Shown here piece by piece: positions 49,330 through 58,181 of a stretch of DNA of 64,000 nt. The stretch covers positions 2,208-66,207 of the forward strand of contig CACKOX010000002.1 of the NCBI GenBank assembly GCA_902601865.1, read 5' to 3'. The stretch comes from an uncultured Alphaproteobacteria bacterium (lineage in GTDB: Bacteria > Pseudomonadota > Alphaproteobacteria > HIMB59). The notes under the pieces are model-generated. The model searched no databases, had not been told where the DNA came from, and saw only the letters and a program-made list of their open reading frames with translations. The number at the start of each line of letters is the position of its first letter. The stretch's first letter is position 1. A program made the position numbers and the translations under genes.

Positions 49330-50063
49330 AAGTTAGGAAAGAGCCTCTCACTAATCTCCTCATAACTTCCATCTATTTCTTGGTTTTTCTCTGTAATAAT
49401 CTCAATTGAGCGGTGGCAGTATTTATGGACATTTTCTAAATTAAAAATATAGGGCTTTCCTGCAAAGGTACTCGCAATCCATTGCCACGAAAAGTTATTA
49501 CTCGCAATATCACCATCTAGCAAATGGCTTAAAAAAAACTTTGCTCCTGCCTGCCACTTCACTCTTCTAAAATGAACAATATAAGAGGCCAAATACATAC
49601 GCGAATGATTATGCAGATACCCAGTAGTAAGAAGCTGATCGATAAAAACGTTTATTACCTGTGTTGGAGTTTTTGCAGATATGATGTCTTCAGGTAATTC
49701 ATCTTGATACTCGTGTGCTTGGAAACCTGTTTTATATTCTTCCACATCTGTCCATAATTGATCGGGATGATGATAGGCGTAACTTCTCCAAAAATCTCTC
49801 CATGCTAATTCTTGGATAAATTTTTCACTCTCATTAAAATCATATTTATCTCGAACATGTTCATAAATTTCTTTATTTGAAATAATTCCATGTTTGATGT
49901 AAGAAGATAATCTTGAAATTTGTCCATTGAGAAAGTTTCTGGTCTTTGCATAGAGTGCAGGATTAAAAGAGTTAAATTTTTCTAAAGCATCTTGCCTTGA
50001 GGCAACAGAGCTATTTGATTTAGTAGATGAGGGAACGAGATCTTGAATATTTGAAATTTTCAT
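49326..50063 (-). CDS. Photolyase FAD-binding domain protein (short, NewPHL-like)
   Basis: YAKTRN, SRLSSYI.HG, QELAWRDFW, TGYLHNHSRMY, LLDGD.ASN..SWQW. Confidence 0.88.
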   Translation of the reverse strand: MKISNIQDLVPSSTKSNSSVASRQDALEKFNSFNPALYAKTRNFLNGQISRLSSYIKHGIISNKEIYEHVRDKYDFNESEKFIQELAWRDFWRSYAYHHPDQLWTDVEEYKTGFQAHEYQDELPEDIISAKTPTQVINVFIDQLLTTGYLHNHSRMYLASYIVHFRRVKWQAGAKFFLSHLLDGDIASNNFSWQWIASTFAGKPYIFNLENVHKYCHRSIEIITEKNQEIDGSYEEISERLFPNL

Positions 50064-50087
50064 TTCTAGTTATACATACAAATTTGG

Positions 50088-50966
50088 CTAATAGATTGTT
50101 TGTAAATCAAACGTAATTTGGCTTCCAGGAGGAAGTTGAGAGATTTTGGAAATATCTTCTCCATTTAAAATTGCAATCTTTGGATATCCCCCAGTGCAAG
50201 GGATATCTCGCATTAATACAATAGGCTGCCCATCACTGGGTACTTGAATAGACCCGGGTAAAATACCTTCAGACAAAATATCGTGTGACTGGGAGCTGAG
50301 GATGGCCTCTCCTTTGAGCCTGATACCCATCCGATCACTTTGAGCCGATATTGTAAAAGTACTACTAATAAACGATTGTAGAGCCTGATCTGTAAAAAAT
50401 TGAAGTTGAGGACCAGGATAAACTTTAAAGTTTGTCTCCTTTTTGTAAGCAGGGTTCGGTATGGATAGATGATCCCAAGAACTCACATCTTCCAGAATTT
50501 CAAAGGTATCATCAACTTTCAAAGGCCTATTGATAGAGCCAATTCCCGCCTTTGTATCTGTAGAGAAACTTTTTAAACAAGGATCTAACCCAAGCCCATG
50601 TTCAACTGCGATGTAGCCATAGACGGAGTCGATAGTATTATGAATATTCAACTCATCTCCTGCAAATAAATTTATACTCTTATAGGGTTGGCATATAATT
50701 TGAGTACCATTATTTTTTTGTATATTCATATTACAATTTCCACCGACACAAACTTTTACAGAACCTTCCTTTACTTTTATTGAGGGTCCAACATAGGCAA
50801 ATTCAATAAATTGATTATGATGGAGTGGTATAATTTTTTCTAATTCTTTAATAATTCTCTGGTCCATAGCCCCACTGGGGGAAACTCCTAAGTGTTGATA
50901 ATGAAATCTTCCAAAATCCTGAACGGTTAAATGAGTACCTGTACGGCTGATTACAAGTGAGTTCAT
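50088..50966 (-). CDS. pxpC: 5-oxoprolinase subunit C
   Basis: VQDFGR, SGAMD, SDRMGIRL, GSIQVP..GQPI, TGGYPKI. Confidence 0.88.
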   Translation of the reverse strand: MNSLVISRTGTHLTVQDFGRFHYQHLGVSPSGAMDQRIIKELEKIIPLHHNQFIEFAYVGPSIKVKEGSVKVCVGGNCNMNIQKNNGTQIICQPYKSINLFAGDELNIHNTIDSVYGYIAVEHGLGLDPCLKSFSTDTKAGIGSINRPLKVDDTFEILEDVSSWDHLSIPNPAYKKETNFKVYPGPQLQFFTDQALQSFISSTFTISAQSDRMGIRLKGEAILSSQSHDILSEGILPGSIQVPSDGQPIVLMRDIPCTGGYPKIAILNGEDISKISQLPPGSQITFDLQTIY

Positions 50967-51682
50967 GAGGAGTACTCCTTGATCAATTCATTAATTGAGA
51001 AATGTTTCTTTTGGACTTGCTGAAACTCTTTGTTGCTGACAGAGTAAAAACTTACCTTGTCTCCAGGTAAAAAAAGAGAGGGGTTAGGGTTTTGAAGATC
51101 AAATATATCGAAGGGTATTTGTCCGATAATATTCCAGCCACCTGGTGATATTTTTGGATATATGCATGTGTGGTTTTTAGCTATTCCAATGGATCGAGCA
51201 GGAATTTTAATTCTTGGAGTAGCTAATCGCGGTGTAATTAATTGAGAGTGGATATCGCCTAGATAAGGAAATCCCGGCATGAAGCCTATATAATAAGTAT
51301 AGTAACTCTCAGAGGTATGGAGGTTTATTATTTCCTCTTTAGTTATCTGATGAAGTTGTTGAATTAACTTTAAATCTAAAGCGAAACTTTCATCATAACA
51401 GGCAGGTATTTTCCACGTTTTATTGGCACTTTTTTGAAATTGAGATTTTATATCACTTATTTCTAAAGTAATTTTTTCTTTATTTTGATCGCGTATTTCA
51501 GAATTTTCAAAAATAATCACAATTTTATTAAATGAAGGAATTATATTTAGTAAAGGCAGTCCAAGATTTGAAATAGTGGAAAATGCTTTATTCACCTCTA
51601 GTGATATAGATTTTGAGGAGTCATCTCCAAAATCTAGGAGCATCCCTCGGTCTCCATAAGAATTTATTCCTTTGAAATACAC
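50963..51682 (-). CDS. pxpB: 5-oxoprolinase subunit B
   Basis: GDR, IPACY, GFMPGFPYLG, PR..PR, IYP..SPGGW. Confidence 0.9.
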   Translation of the reverse strand: MYFKGINSYGDRGMLLDFGDDSSKSISLEVNKAFSTISNLGLPLLNIIPSFNKIVIIFENSEIRDQNKEKITLEISDIKSQFQKSANKTWKIPACYDESFALDLKLIQQLHQITKEEIINLHTSESYYTYYIGFMPGFPYLGDIHSQLITPRLATPRIKIPARSIGIAKNHTCIYPKISPGGWNIIGQIPFDIFDLQNPNPSLFLPGDKVSFYSVSNKEFQQVQKKHFSINELIKEYSS

Positions 51683-51705
51683 ACTAATATCTTAATGTAA
51701 CTTTT

Positions 51706-52479
51706 GTGCATTTGAATAAAATTAATTTTAATTCTGACATAGCAGAAAAAGATCATAGTTTTTATGAGTCTGTTGATATGCAACTAATAGACAGAATTAG
51801 TTCTGCCAATATTTCATGTTTATTTCATGGGGGTTCAAATGAAGTTGTTTCTAAAGCACTTAGTTATTGTGATACAAAAAATGTTTCAATTGGAGCTCAT
51901 GTCTCGTTTTTTGATAGAGATAACTTTGGACGGTCACAAATTAATTGGAACAAGCAACTCATCCATGAAATACTCAACGATCAATTACTTTTTATTCATA
52001 ACCTTGCACTGGAAATGAGTGCTACAGTGACTCATATCAAACTTCACGGAGCCCTCAGTAATATGGCTTGTGTTGACCAGGATCTTTCTGCTGAAATAGT
52101 AGGCTATTTAAAAAAAAATTACCCTTCTTTAATATTACTTGCACCAGCTTTAAGTGAACTTGCAAAAATTAGCTTTGAGAGTGACACTGCTACAGCTCTT
52201 GAGGTTTTTGCAGATCGCACCTACGAGAGTAATGGCACACTCACACCTCGTTCCGTCAGCGGCTCTTTAATCACAGACCCCAAAAGTGCCAGCGAACACG
52301 TTCGAGCAATGCTCATACAAAAGGGAATTATTTCTCGTGCCGGAGATACTTTAAAAACAGATATACATTCAATCTGTGTACATAGCGACACACCAAATAG
52401 TATTGAAATATCTGAACAAATTTGCATACTTCTTGAAGAAATGAAGATTAAGCAAGTAACACTTCCAGAATTTTTTTAA
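51706..52479 (+). CDS. pxpA: 5-oxoprolinase subunit A (LamB/YcsF)
   Basis: NSDIAE, SANISC..HGG, GAH, HIKLHGAL, EVFADR.Y, ICVHSD. Confidence 0.9.
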   Translation: MHLNKINFNSDIAEKDHSFYESVDMQLIDRISSANISCLFHGGSNEVVSKALSYCDTKNVSIGAHVSFFDRDNFGRSQINWNKQLIHEILNDQLLFIHNLALEMSATVTHIKLHGALSNMACVDQDLSAEIVGYLKKNYPSLILLAPALSELAKISFESDTATALEVFADRTYESNGTLTPRSVSGSLITDPKSASEHVRAMLIQKGIISRAGDTLKTDIHSICVHSDTPNSIEISEQICILLEEMKIKQVTLPEFF

Positions 52480-52486
52480 AACTATT

Positions 52487-52984
52487 ATGGGAAATTATTT
52501 TTTTTACGGCACACTTCGTTCTATTTCAGTCTTAGAAAAAGTTATTGGAAAGAAATCTAACCATTTAGATATAATTCCTGCTTTTGCACCTAAAAGTGAA
52601 TTACGCCTTGTCATTGATGAGAATTTCCCAGTTATAATTTTTGGTGAAAATTACACGGGCGTTGATGGGATATTAGTGAAAGGTTTAACTGACGATGATA
52701 TTGCACGCATCCGTTTTTTTGAAGATGTAGAATTTGCTCCTAAAATAATGTCCGTTGAGACTGAAGGAAAACACTCAGAGGCAAAATATTTCTCTCAAAA
52801 AGGAGTCGAGCCTTCTATGGATCCTTGGTTTTATGAGGAATGGAAAGAGAAAGACGAGGCCTTAACTTTAGTAACCACTGAACTTTGGATGCAACTTTAT
52901 GGGAAATATACAGCGGAAGAAGCAGATCAGTATTGGAATGATGTTAAAAAACAAGCTTATCATCAGTATCACTCTCAACAATGA
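52487..52984 (+). CDS. Gamma-glutamylcyclotransferase (AIG2-like) family protein
   Basis: YFFYGTL N-terminal motif; V.G.L...L; FFE. Confidence 0.75.
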   Translation: MGNYFFYGTLRSISVLEKVIGKKSNHLDIIPAFAPKSELRLVIDENFPVIIFGENYTGVDGILVKGLTDDDIARIRFFEDVEFAPKIMSVETEGKHSEAKYFSQKGVEPSMDPWFYEEWKEKDEALTLVTTELWMQLYGKYTAEEADQYWNDVKKQAYHQYHSQQ

Positions 52985-53535
52985 GGGTATTTAATTTTTT
53001 TCTACTTATTTCCTTTTTATTTATTCCCCATTCTTTTTCCAACGAGACCAGTTGGAATTTGTTAAAAGACGGTGGTAAAGTAATTTTTATTCGTCACGCT
53101 TACGCCCCAGGGGGTGGAGATCCTGATAACTTTGAACTAGAAGACTGCTCAACACAAAGAAATTTAAATCAACAAGGAATTCGTCAATCCCAAACAATTG
53201 GCAAATTATTTATTGAATATTCTATACCGGTAGACTTTGTCTATTCTAGTCAGTGGTGCCGTTGCCAAGATACAGCTCGGTATGCGTTTGGAGATTATGA
53301 GAATTTTAGTGCATTAAACTCTACGTTTTCTGGTAAGTACCAAAAAAATCACACAAAACAAATGTTGGAATTGAGTGAATTTATCAATAGATGGGACGAT
53401 AGTGGGGGTAACATAATTTTCGTCACTCATTATGTGATAGTCGGCGGCTTTCTTGATTATTATCCAAACTCTGGAGAAATGGTGATTGCAGATAAATCTT
53501 TATCAATTTTAGGAACTATAAAAGTAGACTTCTAA
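52981..53535 (+). CDS. Histidine phosphatase family protein, exported
   Basis: FIRHA, QRNL, SSQWCRC, VTH; signal peptide. Confidence 0.85.
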   Translation: MRVFNFFLLISFLFIPHSFSNETSWNLLKDGGKVIFIRHAYAPGGGDPDNFELEDCSTQRNLNQQGIRQSQTIGKLFIEYSIPVDFVYSSQWCRCQDTARYAFGDYENFSALNSTFSGKYQKNHTKQMLELSEFINRWDDSGGNIIFVTHYVIVGGFLDYYPNSGEMVIADKSLSILGTIKVDF

Positions 53536-54638
53536 AAGAATACCCTTTCAATAAACCAATATAAACCTATTAAGGAGATCATAACAGAAATAGGAATTTG
53601 CAAAAACGCTCGATACCAACTTTGGCGTGAGGGTAGAATAAAAATAATTGATGCAAGAATAATGATTGCTATTTGAGCTACTTCAACTCCAAGATTAAAT
53701 GAAATTAGACTTATCACCAGTTGACTTGTATTCAAACCAATATCTCCAAGAACAAAAGCAAAACCTAAACCATGAATTAATCCAAAGATAAAAATTATGA
53801 CATAACGAGGAACAATCAAACGTCTTTGAAAAATATTTTCTATTGCGACATAACTGATAGATAGAGCTATCAAGGGTTCTACAATTACTGCAGGGATAAA
53901 GATTAAATTAAAACTAGCAAGAATTAGTGTAATAGAATGTGCGAGCGTAAACATGGTAACTTGAAGTAATAGAGGTTTAAATTTAATTGCATAAAAAAAG
54001 ATACCTATAATAAATAATATATGATCTAGCCCTTTAGGAACAATGTGCTCTATTCCTAGAATTAAATATTCAATGATTGTTTTTCCTACTGAGGATTGTG
54101 ACTGTTGGGATAAAAGGGGCGATTTTTCAGCCGGCTGTAAATAACTTGTAAACAAAACAGACTCTTTTGATAAATCTTCAAATTGTCTAATTACAACAGG
54201 TCCTATCTTTTTATCAAATTGAACTGTAAACGAAGAAGAGTCTTTAAGATCGAAATTGAGATATAAGACAGTATCTCTCGGCATCTCTTCGTTTGTCTCA
54301 TCAAACGTCTCTACTTTATTTAGTAAGAGAGGTATGAGCTCACTCTCACTGATGATTTGGATCTTATTAATAAATTTAGACTTATTTTTTAATACTAAAT
54401 TTTCTATTTCTTGAACAGAAAAGGCTCTTAATTCATCATATTTTTGAGACTGAGGTGAATTATTTGTATCAATATAAATGGAGGCATCAATTTCAGACAG
54501 CACAGTTTCAGCATTCAATTTAAATTCAATTGAAGCATTTTCCTCTATAATGGTAATATCTACGATCGCAGGTTTAATTTCATGTGTATGCAGAGGAGGG
54601 CTTAATAGAAGAATTAAAAAGAATAAGTACTTAATCAT
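53532..54638 (-). CDS. HupE/UreJ family membrane protein with periplasmic N-domain
   Basis: GIEHI...GLDHILF, FTLAHSITL, FGLIHGLGFA, FNLGVE. Confidence 0.88.
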   Translation of the reverse strand: MIKYLFFLILLLSPPLHTHEIKPAIVDITIIEENASIEFKLNAETVLSEIDASIYIDTNNSPQSQKYDELRAFSVQEIENLVLKNKSKFINKIQIISESELIPLLLNKVETFDETNEEMPRDTVLYLNFDLKDSSSFTVQFDKKIGPVVIRQFEDLSKESVLFTSYLQPAEKSPLLSQQSQSSVGKTIIEYLILGIEHIVPKGLDHILFIIGIFFYAIKFKPLLLQVTMFTLAHSITLILASFNLIFIPAVIVEPLIALSISYVAIENIFQRRLIVPRYVIIFIFGLIHGLGFAFVLGDIGLNTSQLVISLISFNLGVEVAQIAIIILASIIFILPSRQSWYRAFLQIPISVMISLIGLYWFIERVFF

Positions 54639-54644
54639 TTAGTC

Positions 54645-55481
54645 ATGTTTACCAAAGTTCACCTAAGAATTCTTTATGTTTTTTCATTCCTCATTGCTTG
54701 CTTTGTTCAAGTAAGCGCTCACGAATTTTGGATTGAGCCAACCAAATACCAGCTTAATGATAACATCATAAATGCTCACTTAAGAGTGGGACAAGAATTT
54801 CAAGGCATGGCTTTAATGTATAATCCGCAAGATTTTAAAACCTTTAAAATTTTATCTGGGTCTAAAAATAAAAAAGAAAAAGTCAAAGGTATACTCGGAG
54901 ATGTACCAGCATTAAATACAAAGACAAAGTTGGAAGACTTATTAATTGTTTATCACGAGACTACTGATAAATTTGTAAATTATAAAAAATTTCAAAAATT
55001 TAAGGATTTTGTTTCTGAGAAGGGTTATGACCAATTAATTCAAACTCATTTAGATAAAGACTTTCCCCAAAGTAATTTTATGGAGAGTTATCGGCGTTAC
55101 GCAAAATCTTTAATTACCACAAGTAGTGGCAGTAAAGGAAAAGATAAAAAAACAGGACTTTTATTCGAATTTGTTTTAGATCAAAACCCTTATACAAATT
55201 TTGACTCTAATCAAATAAGTGCAACTTTATATTATAAAAAAAAACCCCTTCCAAATAACCTCGTTACAATTTTCTCAAAATATAAAAACTCTAAATTGTC
55301 TGTTTCAAATATCAAAACAGATGAGAAGGGTAAATTTACTTTTGAAATAGAACAAGGTAAGGAGTATCTATTAGACTCAGTTGTCATTTATCCATTAAAA
55401 TCAAAACCTGATGATCAAGAACCAATCTGGCATAGTGACTGGGCCTCTACAACGTTCTTAGTTCCTGAAAATAATCTTTAA
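54645..55481 (+). CDS. DUF4198-like periplasmic protein
   Basis: Signal peptide + AHEFWIEP; ESYRRYAKS; TDEKG; W.S.WAS. Confidence 0.8.
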   Translation: MFTKVHLRILYVFSFLIACFVQVSAHEFWIEPTKYQLNDNIINAHLRVGQEFQGMALMYNPQDFKTFKILSGSKNKKEKVKGILGDVPALNTKTKLEDLLIVYHETTDKFVNYKKFQKFKDFVSEKGYDQLIQTHLDKDFPQSNFMESYRRYAKSLITTSSGSKGKDKKTGLLFEFVLDQNPYTNFDSNQISATLYYKKKPLPNNLVTIFSKYKNSKLSVSNIKTDEKGKFTFEIEQGKEYLLDSVVIYPLKSKPDDQEPIWHSDWASTTFLVPENNL

Positions 55482-55504
55482 TTTTTATTTATTAGTATAA
55501 AATA

Positions 55505-55846
55505 TTGAACATGATTTTTGCTCTAAAAGTAATATTAGCAGCCCTTGTGATTGCATTTGCAAGCTGGCTTTCTGGAAAAAAACCTGAGTTATCTGGATTT
55601 ATTATCGCTCTTCCAATCGCGAGTATTATTGCCATTGCCTTCTCTTTCTTAGAGCATAAAAATACCGAAAATACTGTAATTTTTGCTAAAAGTATTCTAA
55701 TTGGGGTACCTGTCTCATATTTATTTTTCTTACCCTTCTTTTTCGCAAAAAATCTTAATATGAATTTTTGGCTAATTTACTTGATCGGATTAACTTTGCT
55801 AGTGATCGGATATTTTGTTCATAAATACATTATGAGCCTTATTTAG
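55505..55846 (+). CDS. Small membrane protein (DUF3147-like)
   Basis: K..P.LSGFIIALP..S; hydrophobic. Confidence 0.65.
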   Translation: MNMIFALKVILAALVIAFASWLSGKKPELSGFIIALPIASIIAIAFSFLEHKNTENTVIFAKSILIGVPVSYLFFLPFFFAKNLNMNFWLIYLIGLTLLVIGYFVHKYIMSLI

Positions 55847-56464
55847 ATGTTTGAGTTATTTGCAGACTCAACTCCCAATGCTAGAAAAATTTCAATAATG
55901 TTAGAGGAGATCAACGAAAAGTACTTAGTTACATTTATTAACTTAAACAAAGGAGAACAGTTCCACGAAGACTTTAAAAAAATCTCACCTTTCTCAAAAA
56001 TTCCTGTGCTCAGACATGAAAACCAGACTATCTTTGAATCTGGTGCGATATTAATATATTTAGCAAACTTCTCTGGAGAGTTTTATGGTTTAAATCAAAA
56101 TTTAACGACTCAATGGCTGATGGCACAGATGGGTTATATTGGACCAATGTTAGGTCAGCATCATCAATTTCATCATTACAATCCAGGTAAGAGTGAATTT
56201 GGAGAACAACGATATTTTAAAATAGCAGAGACTATATACAAAAATTTGGATGATCATTTATCTAACAATGAATATTTAGCAAGAGAATATTCAATTGCTG
56301 ACATGGCAACATTCCCTTGGATTGCACGACATCCAATCCACGATATTGGTTTAAACAAATATTTAAATTTGACCAGATGGTATAATAAAATTGCACTTAG
56401 ACCCGCTGTTATAAAGGGTTACGATTTATTGAAAGACGGCACAGTGCCTCCAAGTGTAAATTAA
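55847..56464 (+). CDS. Glutathione S-transferase (YfcG/Nu-class-like)
   Basis: TPNARK, KIP, FESGAIL, YSIAD..FPW. Confidence 0.9.
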   Translation: MFELFADSTPNARKISIMLEEINEKYLVTFINLNKGEQFHEDFKKISPFSKIPVLRHENQTIFESGAILIYLANFSGEFYGLNQNLTTQWLMAQMGYIGPMLGQHHQFHHYNPGKSEFGEQRYFKIAETIYKNLDDHLSNNEYLAREYSIADMATFPWIARHPIHDIGLNKYLNLTRWYNKIALRPAVIKGYDLLKDGTVPPSVN

Positions 56465-56465
56465 A

Positions 56466-56801
56466 ATGAAAGTATATTTCAATGGTTCATGTAATATTTG
56501 TAACGCTGAAATAAGTCATTATAAAAAAAAAACATGTGATATAAACTACGTTGATATATCCAAAGATAGAGATGAACATATAAATCACCTTTCAAAAAAA
56601 GATTTATTCAGAAGAATGCACGTTTACCATCAGGGTAGGCTGATCTCCGGATCAGAGTCATTTTTAATTTTGTGGGATACCATGCCCAGATGGAAATATT
56701 TGTCATCATTTTTAAAGTTACCAATTTTTAAGCAATTATGGAAAATCTTATACGAAACAATGGCTTTGTTATTATATTATAAAAATAAATCTAAGATCTG
56801 A
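56466..56801 (+). CDS. DUF393/DCC1-like thiol-disulfide oxidoreductase
   Basis: VYFNGSCNIC; RMHV; G...F...W. Confidence 0.8.
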   Translation: MKVYFNGSCNICNAEISHYKKKTCDINYVDISKDRDEHINHLSKKDLFRRMHVYHQGRLISGSESFLILWDTMPRWKYLSSFLKLPIFKQLWKILYETMALLLYYKNKSKI

Positions 56802-56880
56802 AGAGAACCATTCTTGCAGTTTCACCACAAGAATGGTTTTTGGAGGATTAAGGTTAATCATCAATATCTACCCTAATCTC
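56800..56880 (-). ncRNA. Candidate structured sRNA or structured 3' end of the folC transcript (two hairpins)
   Basis: Hairpin GATTAGGGT/ACCTTAATC, then CCTCC, then the 11-bp stem AACCATTCTTG/CAAGAATGGTT; both gain G-U pairs on the minus strand. Confidence 0.35.
56806..56841. terminator. Bidirectional intrinsic terminator between the convergent DUF393 gene and folC
   Basis: AACCATTCTTG-N11-CAAGAATGGTT followed by TTT on plus and CTCTT on minus. Confidence 0.7.
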
Positions 56881-56923
56881 ATAAAAATGGATCAAATAGA
56901 TTGCCTTTAAAAAATAATATTAA

Positions 56924-58177
56924 CTAACTTAATTTTCGAGATTGGTTCTTTTTTATAACTTCACCAATAAAATACAAAGAACCTCCAAAATAAACAGAAG
57001 TCTGTTTTGAAGATAATTTATTAATAGTTTTAAAAGACTGTTCTAAAGAGTCAGCAAAATATAAAGAGAGATTTTTGGGCAATAGTTCTTTAGTAATAGA
57101 ATTTTCTTCATCCATTTTAACTACCACAATTTTACTAAAGTGTTTTGACAAACTAGTAAGCATTTGCAAATACTTTTTATTATTTAAAAAAGAGCATATT
57201 AATATTTTTTTATTTTTAGTTAATGATGCAATCAAGGCTTTCATTCCATCTATGTTGTGAAATCCATCTAGATAAATATCTTTGAATTTTTTAATCTTCC
57301 CCGTTAAAACACCGCTTTTAATTTTTTGTAATCTTCCTGGCCATTGACAATTTGTTAATGCTTTTTGGGTCACTTCCGTATCAAACGCATCTTTTAAAAT
57401 ATTTTTTGCTAAATGTATTCCTAATCCAGCATTAACTAATTGATGTGCACCCAATAAATTTAATTTTGATATATCTATTTTTACATTATCAGAAATATAA
57501 AATTTAGATTTTATCTTCCACTCATCATTATAAATATCTGCATTCAATTTTCTTTTCTTTAGTTGCGCCTTAATATAATTCATTACTCCTAACTTTTGCC
57601 TGTTAACAACAATGGTACTTTTTGAATTCAAAATACCTAATTTTTCGAATGCAATTTGATTTAAGGAAGTACCAAGATAGTCTTGATGATCTAAGGAAAT
57701 CGGAGTAATAGCTGCAAATTTTGATTTTTTAATTATATTTGTTGCATCAAACCTTCCACCAAGTCCTACTTCTAAAATTAAATAGTCAGCTTTATGATCT
57801 TGAAAAGCTTTAAAAGCTGCCGCTGTAGTTATTTCAAAAAAAGTAATTAAATTTCCTTCATTCATATTTTCACAATATCTTAAATATTTTAATAACTTTT
57901 GATTTGAAATATCTTTTGATCTTAATTGTATTCTTTCATTAAACTTTACTAGGTGTGGGGTAGAGTAAACATGTGTTGAATATCCATGGTGGTTGAGTAT
58001 TGACTTTAAAATCGCAGCTGTTGAACCCTTACCATTAGTACCGGCTATATGAATTACTTTTGGCAATAAACTCTCATCAAAATCTATTTTTTTAAGAAGT
58101 TTTTTAATTCTTCCTAAAGATAGATCAGAAAACTTAGGGTGAAGTTTCAGTAGTCTTTGAAAAATGGGATCTTGCAA
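56924..58177 (-). CDS. folC: Folylpolyglutamate synthase/dihydrofolate synthase
   Basis: IHIAGTNGKGS, TPHL, TFFE, EVGLGGRFDATN, WPGR. Confidence 0.95.
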   Translation of the reverse strand: MQDPIFQRLLKLHPKFSDLSLGRIKKLLKKIDFDESLLPKVIHIAGTNGKGSTAAILKSILNHHGYSTHVYSTPHLVKFNERIQLRSKDISNQKLLKYLRYCENMNEGNLITFFEITTAAAFKAFQDHKADYLILEVGLGGRFDATNIIKKSKFAAITPISLDHQDYLGTSLNQIAFEKLGILNSKSTIVVNRQKLGVMNYIKAQLKKRKLNADIYNDEWKIKSKFYISDNVKIDISKLNLLGAHQLVNAGLGIHLAKNILKDAFDTEVTQKALTNCQWPGRLQKIKSGVLTGKIKKFKDIYLDGFHNIDGMKALIASLTKNKKILICSFLNNKKYLQMLTSLSKHFSKIVVVKMDEENSITKELLPKNLSLYFADSLEQSFKTINKLSSKQTSVYFGGSLYFIGEVIKKNQSRKLS

Positions 58178-58181
58178 GATC

